In this document: positions 1 to 8,207 of the stretch, piece after piece
Position numbering within the stretch: position 1 is the first letter of the stretch
Layout of the letters: each line of letters opens with the position of its first letter
Source: Minisyncoccota bacterium
Lineage (GTDB): Bacteria; Patescibacteriota; Minisyncoccia; Phycocordibacterales; UBA9973
Assembly (NCBI GenBank): GCA_041665925.1
Contig: JBAYHW010000003.1
Location: 7,737-71,736 of the forward strand
DNA length: 64,000 nt
Direction of reading: 5' to 3'
The notes under the pieces: model-generated
What the model was told of the DNA's origin: nothing
What the model saw: only the letters and a program-made list of their open reading frames with translations
Database searches by the model: none
Translations under genes and position numbers: made by a program

Positions 1-225
1 CACACCGAGGGTGTGCCCTAAAACGATTGCAAATTGGCGGAAAGACTCTCCAGGTGGCATCTGAGAATCCAGACACCCTCCAGAGCTAAGAGCCAGCATC
101 CCGACCCGTCACTCACGGTCGGCCATAGAGCCCTCGGGCTCCCCTGGGCAAATCGCTCCTTCTTCATGCATTCCATGCTAGCAATGCATGCTTCCCAAAG
201 AGCCCCTCCGAATATATTTCTATAG
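1..225. other. GC-rich non-coding stretch, possibly a structured RNA that is partial at the window edge
   Basis: About 60% GC in a roughly 35% GC genome, many short hairpins (for example gagcccgagggctc), and no convincing ORF. The 63-aa ORF 34..225 has no protein-like composition. Confidence 0.3.
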
Positions 226-228
226 ATT

Positions 229-477
229 TCAGTTCAATTTGTCAACAAGTTTTAACTTATCGAATCGAGATAGAGATTTAATCCTGGCTTCTTCGTGAGA
301 AGCTGTAGACCTGTTTTTAAATTTCTTAAAATACACCATTTTCACCGGCCTGCGTCCGTGAGTATACTTCGCTCCCAAATTTGAGCTATTGTGCTCCTCC
401 ACTCGTCGTTTCAAATCCGTGGTAATCCCAGTATAGAAAGTCCCATCGGCGCATTTTAAAATATAAAGATGATACAT
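229..477 (-). CDS. GIY-YIG nuclease domain protein (small UPF0213/YhbQ-like)
   Basis: 82 aa with the YILKCADGTFYTGIT...RRVEEHN GIY-YIG motif. Confidence 0.8.
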   Translation of the reverse strand: MYHLYILKCADGTFYTGITTDLKRRVEEHNSSNLGAKYTHGRRPVKMVYFKKFKNRSTASHEEARIKSLSRFDKLKLVDKLN

Positions 478-480
478 AAT

Positions 481-519
481 TTATACTATTCTCCTATTCG
501 TACGAATTAGACAATAGAG
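481..519 (-). promoter_or_regulatory. 38-bp 5-prime element with 12-bp palindrome ATTCGTACGAAT, copy 1, directly upstream of the GIY-YIG start codon
   Basis: Near-identical copy at 768-805, seen directly in the sequence. Confidence 0.6.
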
Positions 520-767
520 ATGACGGCGCGGGCTAGGGGTGGGAGTTTCGGCGCGAGCGAATAATAGCACGCTAGGCTACGCTGCTCTTTCTCGACAAGG
601 TCTGCCCCGGACAAGACAGCGAGATGCTTAGAAGTCGCCTTGAAAGAAAGTTTGAGGTGCTGGGCTATGTCGCCGACGTTCGCCTCTTTCTTCAGCTTCA
701 AAAATTTCACGACTTGCAATCGTCTTTTATTCGCGAGCGCCTTTAAAATTTTTTCATATTCTCTCAT
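507..767 (-). CDS. ArsR/SmtB-family HTH transcriptional regulator
   Basis: 86 aa with a wHTH signature VGDIAQHLKLSFKATSKHLAVL. Confidence 0.75.
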   Translation of the reverse strand: MREYEKILKALANKRRLQVVKFLKLKKEANVGDIAQHLKLSFKATSKHLAVLSGADLVEKEQRSLACYYSLAPKLPPLARAVISIV

Positions 768-805
768 ATTACTATTCTACCATTCGTACGAATTAGACAA
801 TAGAG
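768..805 (-). promoter_or_regulatory. 38-bp 5-prime element with palindrome ATTCGTACGAAT, copy 2, directly upstream of the ArsR start codon. Candidate ArsR operator.
   Basis: Direct repeat of 481-519. The copy contains TGGTAGAAT, an extended -10-like sequence, just before the ATG. Confidence 0.6.
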
Positions 806-836
806 GGGTTGGGGGAAATTGAAAAGCGAAGGCGGT

Positions 837-1121
837 TTAGATTTTGTCTTTTGGCGGGCCCCACATCCATTTAGGTTTCTCCCCTTTTTTGTATCCGAAA
901 TAAAATATAAGAGCAACCATGAGCAAGACACCGAGGAGGGCTGCGCCTGGCGAGTCATCCGCGTCCCCAATACGAATACCAAGCAAAGCAATAGCAATGC
1001 CCACTAGAACCACAGCCCATCCCTGCCAGCGTACAGGCACCCAGCCCCAGCCATACATCTTCCGCTTAAACCACAAACGCTCCGGATTGTCTTTTAGATA
1101 CGCAATATATTCTTTGGTCAT
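837..1121 (-). CDS. small membrane protein, Trp-rich (KRKMYGWGWVPVRWQGW...KGEKPKWMWGP). Paralog of 23471..23794.
   Basis: ORF with a central TM helix and a conserved motif shared with a second copy in the window. Confidence 0.6.
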   Translation of the reverse strand: MTKEYIAYLKDNPERLWFKRKMYGWGWVPVRWQGWAVVLVGIAIALLGIRIGDADDSPGAALLGVLLMVALIFYFGYKKGEKPKWMWGPPKDKI

Positions 1122-1307
1122 GTAAGTATTATACTCCTTTTAACTTCCTCTTGCTCTTCTGCCTCATCAAAAATCAAACCTGTCCCGTACTAAATAATTT
1201 TTGCATTCGATTAATTATTTCAGTACTGGGATCATTCTCCCCGCCTGCTCCCGAACTATCGTGAGAGCGGGCAGGCTTTACCACCCCCGCCATTTAAGCT
1301 AATTTAT

Positions 1308-1330
1308 AATCATCTCCTTACACGTGTAAG
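1308..1330 (-). terminator. perfect hairpin ctccttacacgtgtaaggag downstream of 1340..1693
   Basis: 20-bp palindrome followed by an AT-rich run. Confidence 0.5.
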
Positions 1331-1339
1331 GAGATTAAT

Positions 1340-1693
1340 TTATTTAAAATAAGAAAAAATTGCTGCCAATACGGAAGAAACCCCAAAAATCCAAAATCCC
1401 CATTTTTCTGCTATCCTCCAGGGCTCTTTCTCCATATATTCAATCCCCTCCGGGGTTAAAATTAAAATTGTTCCCCCAGAATCTCCCCAGCGAAAGTACA
1501 GAGATCTTCCATAGTTTACCATTTGATATATGTCGGGTCCCGTTAGTTTGCCACTTGATCTATTAGCAACCTCTCCATATTGCATATTTGTAGAGTTTGA
1601 TTTTTTATACTCCTCATACATTATTTTTGTAGCAATTTTTTCTTTTTTTGTCATATTTATTTTACCTCTCCGATTATCTTTTTTATACGGCAA
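1340..1693 (-). CDS. hypothetical C-terminal tail-anchored protein. The likely start is an internal Met near 1654.
   Basis: ORF with a C-terminal TM helix. The 37-nt overlap with the upstream gene disappears if the internal start is used. Confidence 0.45.
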   Translation of the reverse strand: MPYKKDNRRGKINMTKKEKIATKIMYEEYKKSNSTNMQYGEVANRSSGKLTGPDIYQMVNYGRSLYFRWGDSGGTILILTPEGIEYMEKEPWRIAEKWGFWIFGVSSVLAAIFSYFK

Positions 1694-2433
1694 TAAGTCA
1701 ATCCATCCATTAACATAATATCAAAAATGTGCCCGACCCTCATAGGATCTTTATGCCAAGCAAAATCCATATTACCGAAGTATTTACTTTTCTTTGATAA
1801 CACCTCAAACCTATATTTGTATTCTTTGTGGGATTTCACCCATTCTGAGCTTACAATTTTTATTCTCAGTCTCTGCCCTTCGCCTTCAACACTACCGCGG
1901 ATTGTCATCTTGTTTGTGATTTTTCTACGAACATTTACATTTGATAAAACTCCTTTCAAAACGCCTTTCCTCGATTGTTTAGCCAATTTATCAACTGCTT
2001 CGTTGTGTTGATCTCCAGAATGACCTTTTACTTTCACAAAATCAACATAGACGCGAAATGTTTGACCCATTCTTCTCATTAAACGAAGGAGCTCCTTCCA
2101 TTGTTCAGTATTAGCAACTGGTTCACCATTACTTTTTAGCCATTTCATTCTTGGCCAAGTAAACATTGCTGTCTTGTAGTTATTAACCACATATTGTGAA
2201 TCGGTATAGACAACTATGTTTTCTGCTCCCTTAATATCATTTATTTTTAACACTTCTTTCAGAGCTAAAATTGGAGCTTGCAATTCCATCATGTTATTTG
2301 TGGCGCCTTTATATCCATAGGGCGTAAAATCTTTTATTTCACCACCTGGAAATATAAAACGCATACCAACACCACCCTTTCGTGGATTGGGAGCAGAAGA
2401 TCCATCTGTATATATTAAAAGGGGGTCGCTCAT
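1657..2433 (-). CDS. RNase HI domain protein with an uncharacterized C-terminal extension of about 100 aa
   Basis: The N-terminal 155 aa carry all RNase HI catalytic positions (YTDGS, MELQA, YTDSQY, GHSGDQHNEAVDKLA). The C-terminal 100 aa have no recognizable fold. Confidence 0.8.
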   Translation of the reverse strand: MSDPLLIYTDGSSAPNPRKGGVGMRFIFPGGEIKDFTPYGYKGATNNMMELQAPILALKEVLKINDIKGAENIVVYTDSQYVVNNYKTAMFTWPRMKWLKSNGEPVANTEQWKELLRLMRRMGQTFRVYVDFVKVKGHSGDQHNEAVDKLAKQSRKGVLKGVLSNVNVRRKITNKMTIRGSVEGEGQRLRIKIVSSEWVKSHKEYKYRFEVLSKKSKYFGNMDFAWHKDPMRVGHIFDIMLMDGLTYCRIKKIIGEVK

Positions 2434-2488
2434 ATTTCCACCTATTTTAACAAGTGCGGTTCTTGTTGAGCCAAATTTTTTAAATATG

Positions 2489-3124
2489 CTACCATTTCTT
2501 TTTTAATTCTTTGGATAAAAAATCCACTAGGGGTCTAGCCCAGTCTTTGAAACTAATAACGTGAGTAAATATTAATGTGCCAATCGTTATAAAGGAAATT
2601 GTATTAAAACTATATTTTTCGGACATTAAAGCAAGTAAACCAAAAGAGATAGAATTGTAGAAACAAAATGCGAAAATTTCCCCTGCATAAACCACTCTCT
2701 CTTTTAAATATTTTGCCTGAGCTTCCTTCGCGGCATAATCAAAATATATTTTTGCATCACCCCGTTGAATTGCATCAACCGCTGCATTTATTACTTCATC
2801 CATCTTTTCTTTAAAAATATCACCTTGCCTTTTTATCTCTTTCGCTTCAAAGTCTACTATTTCTCTTGTGTAAGAAATAGTTCCAATTACAGTAAAGAGG
2901 GAGAAAGTTAAAGACAAAATAAGAAATTGAAGATCTAATTGATCCTTGAAGAAAAACCCAATTCCCACAATAGCAACTACGAGGGTTGAGATTGTTTTAA
3001 ATAAATCTAATTGAGTAAGCAGTAGCTGAAAATTAGAATTTAGTTCGTAATCTGAATATTTATCTTTTAAACGGAACGAGTCCTCTATGGCTTTTACAAT
3101 TATTTTTTTATGTTCTTCGTGCAT
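2489..3124 (-). CDS. hypothetical 4-TM membrane protein
   Basis: Four hydrophobic helices with a soluble Lys/Glu-rich loop of about 60 aa. Confidence 0.55.
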   Translation of the reverse strand: MHEEHKKIIVKAIEDSFRLKDKYSDYELNSNFQLLLTQLDLFKTISTLVVAIVGIGFFFKDQLDLQFLILSLTFSLFTVIGTISYTREIVDFEAKEIKRQGDIFKEKMDEVINAAVDAIQRGDAKIYFDYAAKEAQAKYLKERVVYAGEIFAFCFYNSISFGLLALMSEKYSFNTISFITIGTLIFTHVISFKDWARPLVDFLSKELKKKW

Positions 3125-3153
3125 ATATAACTTGCAATGTATAATAGTAAAAA

Positions 3154-5199
3154 CTACTGTACATCATTATTGTTTAAAACTTTTATTACAACTCCCTGCA
3201 TTTGAATTTCTTCGTTCGATTTAAATTTCAATGGTTGGTGCTTGGAATTATCTGAGCGAGGATAGAGAACGATGAGACCATTTTCCCTACGATACTCTTT
3301 AATAGTAGCATCATCCCCAATTAGTGCCACAACCTTTTTCCCTTCTTCTGGTCTATAGTTTTTAACGCACAAAACAAGATCACCGTCATTTATTCCTGCT
3401 TTATTCATAGAATCTCCGGAAACACGCAAAACAAAATATTTTGAACCAGAAGACATATAATCCTTTCGAACAGAAATCATTTCTTGAACTGTTGGATCAG
3501 CATACATCAACTCGCCACAACCCACCGATTCAAACACGGGAACTTTTACCATTTCAAAAGTATATGGAGAGGCAATCTCTTCCTTTATCCTCTCTGGGGA
3601 ACTTGTAGGTATAGTCTTGTTATTTATAATTTTTTTGAAATATTCTCGAAGATTGTCGTCAACAATATAAATGTAAGTACCTTTTATTCCCCGAGTCAAA
3701 AGTGTCCGGTATATATTTATGATATATCTCTCTAATTCTTTAGGGTCTGCTACACCAGCGTGACCATTGCGATCACAATATTTACTCTTATCTACTACAA
3801 TCTTATTTTCATCTTTATCATAGGTAAGCTCTGGTCCAACAATGACGCCAACATAATTCATGCCGTAACCCTGGACTGTATGTATACAACCTACTTCATT
3901 AACTGCATTAGGAGAGTTGACCCAATCTTTCGTTTTACTATTCCATCGAAACTTATGCCCCTTTATTTCAATATCAAAATCTTGCTCCGGTACGCCGTTA
4001 GCTGGATTCGTAACCCAGGGCCAAGCAAACCCTGCGACCATACGTGAAAGTCCTAATTTTTTATCTTTTTCCTTTATTGCTTTGTGCATTTCCGACACGT
4101 CATCAAAAATGCTTAGTTCATAATTTTTTAAATCTGGAAACTTTGCTTTTCTTTGATTGAGGGTATCATCGATAAATAGAATATAGTCTTCCCCTGCTTG
4201 AATCCGCATTTGCTTTGTGAGTTGATAAAAGCTGGCACCTTTTTGTCGCAGGTCTACGTCATCAATATCAGCAGGAAGTACACTCTGCCCTTGATCATAA
4301 AAAAACACTTGTCTTTTCGTATTCTTAAGAATCCAATCGAGTTGAGTTGCCTCTCTCGACAATCCCAGTTGTTTATTAATCTCATCGAATGCTTTGAATG
4401 CTGCCCCCAGATTTTTGCGCTTTTTTAGCCTATGTGCTTCATCCACAATAACCAAGTCATATGACTCGTTTGTAATATCATAAGGCCCAATGACCATATT
4501 TGATTTAAGCCCAGGCGTAGCTTTAAACACTTTCTGCAGGGTGCCTCGCAAGCTAGTCATGGGCGCAATCAATGCGATTTTGAGATGCTTCGTGCTCTCG
4601 TGGTCTTTTAAGTATTTTATTAAATATGTCGCCAAGATTGTTTTGCCTGTCCCAGCTACACCTTCTACTACATAAGTAGTGGCTTTCTCATTTTCAATAT
4701 CTTTTACTAATTTTTTAACAAAAATATATTGTTCCTCGGTTAACGCTTTATACGGCGAATACTTGAAAAGATCGCTATTTTCGATCTCATAAATTTCTTT
4801 TCGGATAAGTCCTTTCTTTATTAACTCTTTCCAGATTATTTCACATTTTGCTCGATATTCTGATCTTTGATAATAATTATGATTTCTTATTCCGTCATTT
4901 TTATTCTGTAACATAAGCGACCCCTCAGCAGCTAAATGTTCTATAAGAAAAGCTTCAATATCTAGCGCTGCTGATTTGTTATATGTTTCATCGGTAATTA
5001 TATGAGCTTTCTTTAGCCTTCTGCGTTCATCATTTTCATAGTGCTGTCTACTGCGATTGAAAAAGTTTGTTGTCTCACCCACATATGCCTCATTTGTCGT
5101 TTCGAGCAAATAAACCACGGGCCAATCACATCCGTAGTGATATTTGTGTACTTCTTCAAAACCTTGCGGATTAAATTCAAAAGTTTCTATTTGCGCCAT
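3154..5199 (-). CDS. fusion of a GIY-YIG-like N-terminus, a DUF2075/Schlafen-like SF1 P-loop NTPase and a C-terminal LexA-type S24 peptidase
   Basis: N-terminal YVGETTNFFNRSRQH. Walker A GVAGTGKT and Walker B/DEAH-like LVIVDEAHRL. The C-terminus VLRVSGDSMNKAGINDGDLV...VVALIGDDATIKEY aligns with the LexA catalytic domain, including the Ser in GDSM and the Lys dyad. Confidence 0.8.
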   Translation of the reverse strand: MAQIETFEFNPQGFEEVHKYHYGCDWPVVYLLETTNEAYVGETTNFFNRSRQHYENDERRRLKKAHIITDETYNKSAALDIEAFLIEHLAAEGSLMLQNKNDGIRNHNYYQRSEYRAKCEIIWKELIKKGLIRKEIYEIENSDLFKYSPYKALTEEQYIFVKKLVKDIENEKATTYVVEGVAGTGKTILATYLIKYLKDHESTKHLKIALIAPMTSLRGTLQKVFKATPGLKSNMVIGPYDITNESYDLVIVDEAHRLKKRKNLGAAFKAFDEINKQLGLSREATQLDWILKNTKRQVFFYDQGQSVLPADIDDVDLRQKGASFYQLTKQMRIQAGEDYILFIDDTLNQRKAKFPDLKNYELSIFDDVSEMHKAIKEKDKKLGLSRMVAGFAWPWVTNPANGVPEQDFDIEIKGHKFRWNSKTKDWVNSPNAVNEVGCIHTVQGYGMNYVGVIVGPELTYDKDENKIVVDKSKYCDRNGHAGVADPKELERYIINIYRTLLTRGIKGTYIYIVDDNLREYFKKIINNKTIPTSSPERIKEEIASPYTFEMVKVPVFESVGCGELMYADPTVQEMISVRKDYMSSGSKYFVLRVSGDSMNKAGINDGDLVLCVKNYRPEEGKKVVALIGDDATIKEYRRENGLIVLYPRSDNSKHQPLKFKSNEEIQMQGVVIKVLNNNDVQ

Positions 5200-5202
5200 A
5201 TA

Positions 5203-5550
5203 CTAAAGTTCTGTGTATTTGTTGTGTCGGCCTTTGGCTTTTTTTATGGGGTATTTTTTATTATTTTCCTTCATTTTTTTTCTCAAAGCTTTTTCTATGT
5301 CTATATTTAAATCATCACTCAACAAAAGAACCCAATAAAAAACATCTGCCAGTTCATCCCCGATTTCATTTTTATTGGTTTTGATATATTTTTCAATTTC
5401 TTCTTTCGATTTCCATTGAAAGTGCTCCAGTACTTCCCCTGCCTCAAGAGACAAAGAGATTGCCACATCTTTTGGGTTGTGGAATTGTTTCCAATCTCTA
5501 GCTTCCCTGAAATCATTTATTAATTTTGTAAGAGATTTAATGGGATCCAT
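5203..5550 (-). CDS. MazG-like nucleoside triphosphate pyrophosphohydrolase
   Basis: EAGEVLEHFQWK...ELADVFYWVLLL...KYP motifs. The start was moved to the internal Met, which has an AAGGA/GGAAG RBS. The ORF-track start at 5640 adds a low-complexity N-terminus. Confidence 0.75.
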   Translation of the reverse strand: MDPIKSLTKLINDFREARDWKQFHNPKDVAISLSLEAGEVLEHFQWKSKEEIEKYIKTNKNEIGDELADVFYWVLLLSDDLNIDIEKALRKKMKENNKKYPIKKAKGRHNKYTEL

Positions 5551-5779
5551 TTTATTTCTTCCAATCCTTAATTTGAATCCCGCCGGGGATCTTTTTGACG
5601 ACCACTTTTTGCTTCTCCTTCCAGTTGAGCTTTCGGACAAGATCCATGGGTAAAGTGACAGCGAGCGATGCTCCGCCGACCTTGGTTAACTTCCTTATAT
5701 TGCTACTAGCTGATTTAGTTATTCCCATAAATACTTATTCGTTTACGCATTCGATTACGTACATCATACTCCAGCTAGG

Positions 5780-5919
5780 GGGTAAATTCAATCCCGTTAG
5801 AAGTCGCGAGGGATCTTATGACCCTCTACTTCTAACGGGACTAGTCTGAAAAAGAAATCGCCCCGACCGAAGCCGGGGCGACGAGCGTTCTGGCCGTGAG
5901 TACTAACTCGGCCAGAACG
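5780..5919 (-). terminator. cluster of three GC-rich hairpins downstream of the small GC-rich ORF
   Basis: cccgttagaagt...acttctaacggg, cgccccgaccgaagccggggcg, and gttctggccg...cggccagaac, which overlaps the stop codon. Confidence 0.45.
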
Positions 5920-6117
5920 TGATGAGGAACGGGAGCGCGACGGCCAGGGCTGTGGCGCCCCATCCGACCTGAAGCACCCGCCGCCGCAAGAAGACGAAGG
6001 GCTGTTGAGGCTCCTTGTCCTCGGCGATACGCAGCCGAAGCAACCCAGCACCGGCGAACGCCACTAGCGCCAGCGCTACCAGCACGAGGATCAAAACGTC
6101 AATTGGATTCATCTTAT
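5903..6117 (-). CDS. small 2-TM hydrophobic protein encoded in a GC-rich islet (about 62% GC)
   Basis: MNPIDVLILVLVALALVAFAGAG... with a strong AAGGAGGAG RBS. The composition is foreign to the surrounding genome. Confidence 0.4.
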
Positions 6118-6268
6118 TTCTCCTCCTTACGAACTCGGGATTTACATTACCACGATTTAAAAAAATTTCAAGGGCTGAGTCTATTCCCCTTTTTGGATAG
6201 AAATTTATTTTAAACAAGAACAATCCTTGCTGGTCAATGATGCAAAAGACACTCGCAAGGTTTGTTTT

Positions 6269-6460
6269 TTATTTTATAATCCGCGCCCAGATTCTTTCGT
6301 GCAGATAATAGAGAAAAGTTAAGATAAGCGCCAGGATTAAAGTAATCACAGTTGATTCTCTGAGTTCACCGGTGTAGAGATACACAACAATCCCTGTCGC
6401 GATGGTCGCCAAAATTCTCCAAGTTATGGCCTTTAAAATAGATTGTGTTTTAGTTTCCAT
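6269..6460 (-). CDS. DUF2061-like small membrane protein
   Basis: 63 aa with two TM helices, ITWRILATIATG motif. Confidence 0.45.
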   Translation of the reverse strand: METKTQSILKAITWRILATIATGIVVYLYTGELRESTVITLILALILTFLYYLHERIWARIIK

Positions 6461-6468
6461 ATTTATTT

Positions 6469-7200
6469 TTACAACTTCTCTACTTTAAAAGTGACTTTGT
6501 AGTTTGTATACGGCACAGGTTTACTTGCGAGAGGAAATGGTGAACTTGAGACTAAGGAAACTTTCCAAGTATCGAAGCCTCGAGGAGCATCGTTGTCCGC
6601 CATGTTTAAGGTCTCCTGATCAGTATTAGATTTCAAAGTAACATTAACGACGATGTTACCCGCCTGAATACAAGTAGCATCAGCAGGACAGCGACTGTCG
6701 GACAATATTTTATTCAAAGTGATCCGTACTCCATTTATATATTTAGTCTCACCCACCCCGACGATACCGGTAGTAGCAACTTCAGGTGTAGTTTCTTCTA
6801 TCATATCTACCTCGAGAGTGCTGCCAGTGGTAAAGGCCCCCTTCACTTTCACCGTCTTATTTACTAACGTTCCGAGGACGTTGCTTATTCTAGAAAATTT
6901 CAAGGGCATAGAGTATGAAACTTCTTGACCAGAATTTTCTGGCGCAGCAACTATCAAGAAAAAGTCTGCGCCCTGCTGTGACAACTTACCTGTAAATGAT
7001 TCTTGGTTTTGACAGGCTTGAAACTCACACTTAGGACCACTTCTGCCCACCCCGGAACCGTCCGGGCAAATGAGCGCATCCATGGTGCAAGCATATGGTT
7101 CGTCATCAGTTATGTCTGCAGTTTGTTTATCTTTAAAAAAGAAAAACAAGCCTGCTAGAACTGCTAAAATCACTAAAATTAGTATGTAGAATTTTTTCAT
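6469..7200 (-). CDS. secreted or anchored Cys-rich hypothetical protein
   Basis: N-terminal TM/signal and multiple Cys pairs. Confidence 0.55.
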   Translation of the reverse strand: MKKFYILILVILAVLAGLFFFFKDKQTADITDDEPYACTMDALICPDGSGVGRSGPKCEFQACQNQESFTGKLSQQGADFFLIVAAPENSGQEVSYSMPLKFSRISNVLGTLVNKTVKVKGAFTTGSTLEVDMIEETTPEVATTGIVGVGETKYINGVRITLNKILSDSRCPADATCIQAGNIVVNVTLKSNTDQETLNMADNDAPRGFDTWKVSLVSSSPFPLASKPVPYTNYKVTFKVEKL

Positions 7201-7219
7201 ATCTTTATATTATATTTTT

Positions 7220-8089
7220 TTAATCTATCGCGTCTACTGCGTCATAAGCCATGTCTTCGGCTTGGTTGGCATAACTTTTCGCTCGGCTGTAGTTCCCGTC
7301 ACCGTAGGCATCTTCAGCATCTTCGAGTCTGTCTTCGGCTTCATTTAAAAGATCCTCTGCGTCTCTGACGTCACGGCCTCTGTCGTCGGCATAGTCTATG
7401 TCATCTTGTGCTTCGTCTATGGCTTCTCGTGCATCATCTATGGCATCGTTAGCTTGAGTCCTCGAAGAAGAACTGCTACTCGTGGTCCCTCCAGCATCAT
7501 CGAAAGCATCCTCGGCGTTATTGAAGGCATCGTTCGCCTTGGTATAAGCCTTGGTATAATTACCGTCAACAAAATACGCTATCATTGCATCTACCATGTC
7601 TATCCGCGCATCGTCTAAACTATTTTCTGCGGAAGTTGTGTTGCGCCTAGAATCATCTATCTCATCTTGCGCATCTCGAATCATTTTGAGCGCCTCGGTT
7701 ATCCTCTGCATTGCGCGAGTAGTATCTCCTCCGTAATAATTGTTGTAATTCCCTCCACCTATGACGCCTCCAGTAATGGTAAGATACTTAGCTCGGGATG
7801 CCGCATCGAAATACCCAGAAGCGGTAAGTCCGTTACTTGCTTGCCAGGTCATAAGAGCTTGTCTCGTCATCATACCGAAAACTCCGTCTGGGTAACCAAT
7901 AGAATAATAACTAGAACCATAATACCCCACTGAAGAAGAAGTATTTAAATATTGCTGTAGACAGCGGACGTCTTCCCCTGAAGAACCTACCCATAAGTCG
8001 CGAGTAAAATTGCATCCGGTAGCCTCTGCATTAAAAGCAAACAAGGCTATGCCTGAAAGAATAAAAACTTTTAGAATAGTTGTTTTCAT
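7220..8089 (-). CDS. secreted protein with a peptidoglycan-binding (PG_binding_1-like) domain and acidic D/A-rich repeats
   Basis: Signal peptide, GEDVRCLQQYL...DGVFGMMTRQAL motif, and a repeated NY..A..ANDA..DAxDD unit. Confidence 0.65.
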   Translation of the reverse strand: MKTTILKVFILSGIALFAFNAEATGCNFTRDLWVGSSGEDVRCLQQYLNTSSSVGYYGSSYYSIGYPDGVFGMMTRQALMTWQASNGLTASGYFDAASRAKYLTITGGVIGGGNYNNYYGGDTTRAMQRITEALKMIRDAQDEIDDSRRNTTSAENSLDDARIDMVDAMIAYFVDGNYTKAYTKANDAFNNAEDAFDDAGGTTSSSSSSRTQANDAIDDAREAIDEAQDDIDYADDRGRDVRDAEDLLNEAEDRLEDAEDAYGDGNYSRAKSYANQAEDMAYDAVDAID

Positions 8090-8207
8090 GTGTTTTAAAT
8101 AAGATTAATAATGCTAAAACGGCCTTTTTCGCATTCTACTCCAACCCAAACATAAATTCAACACACTTGTATGTATTGAGAATTAATACGCATATTGCCA
8201 TTAATCT

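Noticed and set aside
34-225. 63-aa ORF on the plus strand at the window start
   Set aside because: It lies wholly inside the GC-rich hairpin-rich non-coding stretch and has no RBS or protein-like composition. It is more likely part of a structured RNA.
5595-6051. ORFs 5595..5849(+), 5797..6051(-) and 6015..6200(+) in the GC-rich islet
   Set aside because: They are Arg/Ser/Gly-rich translations typical of random GC-rich DNA and overlap the hairpin stack. Only the hydrophobic 5903..6117 ORF has a credible RBS.
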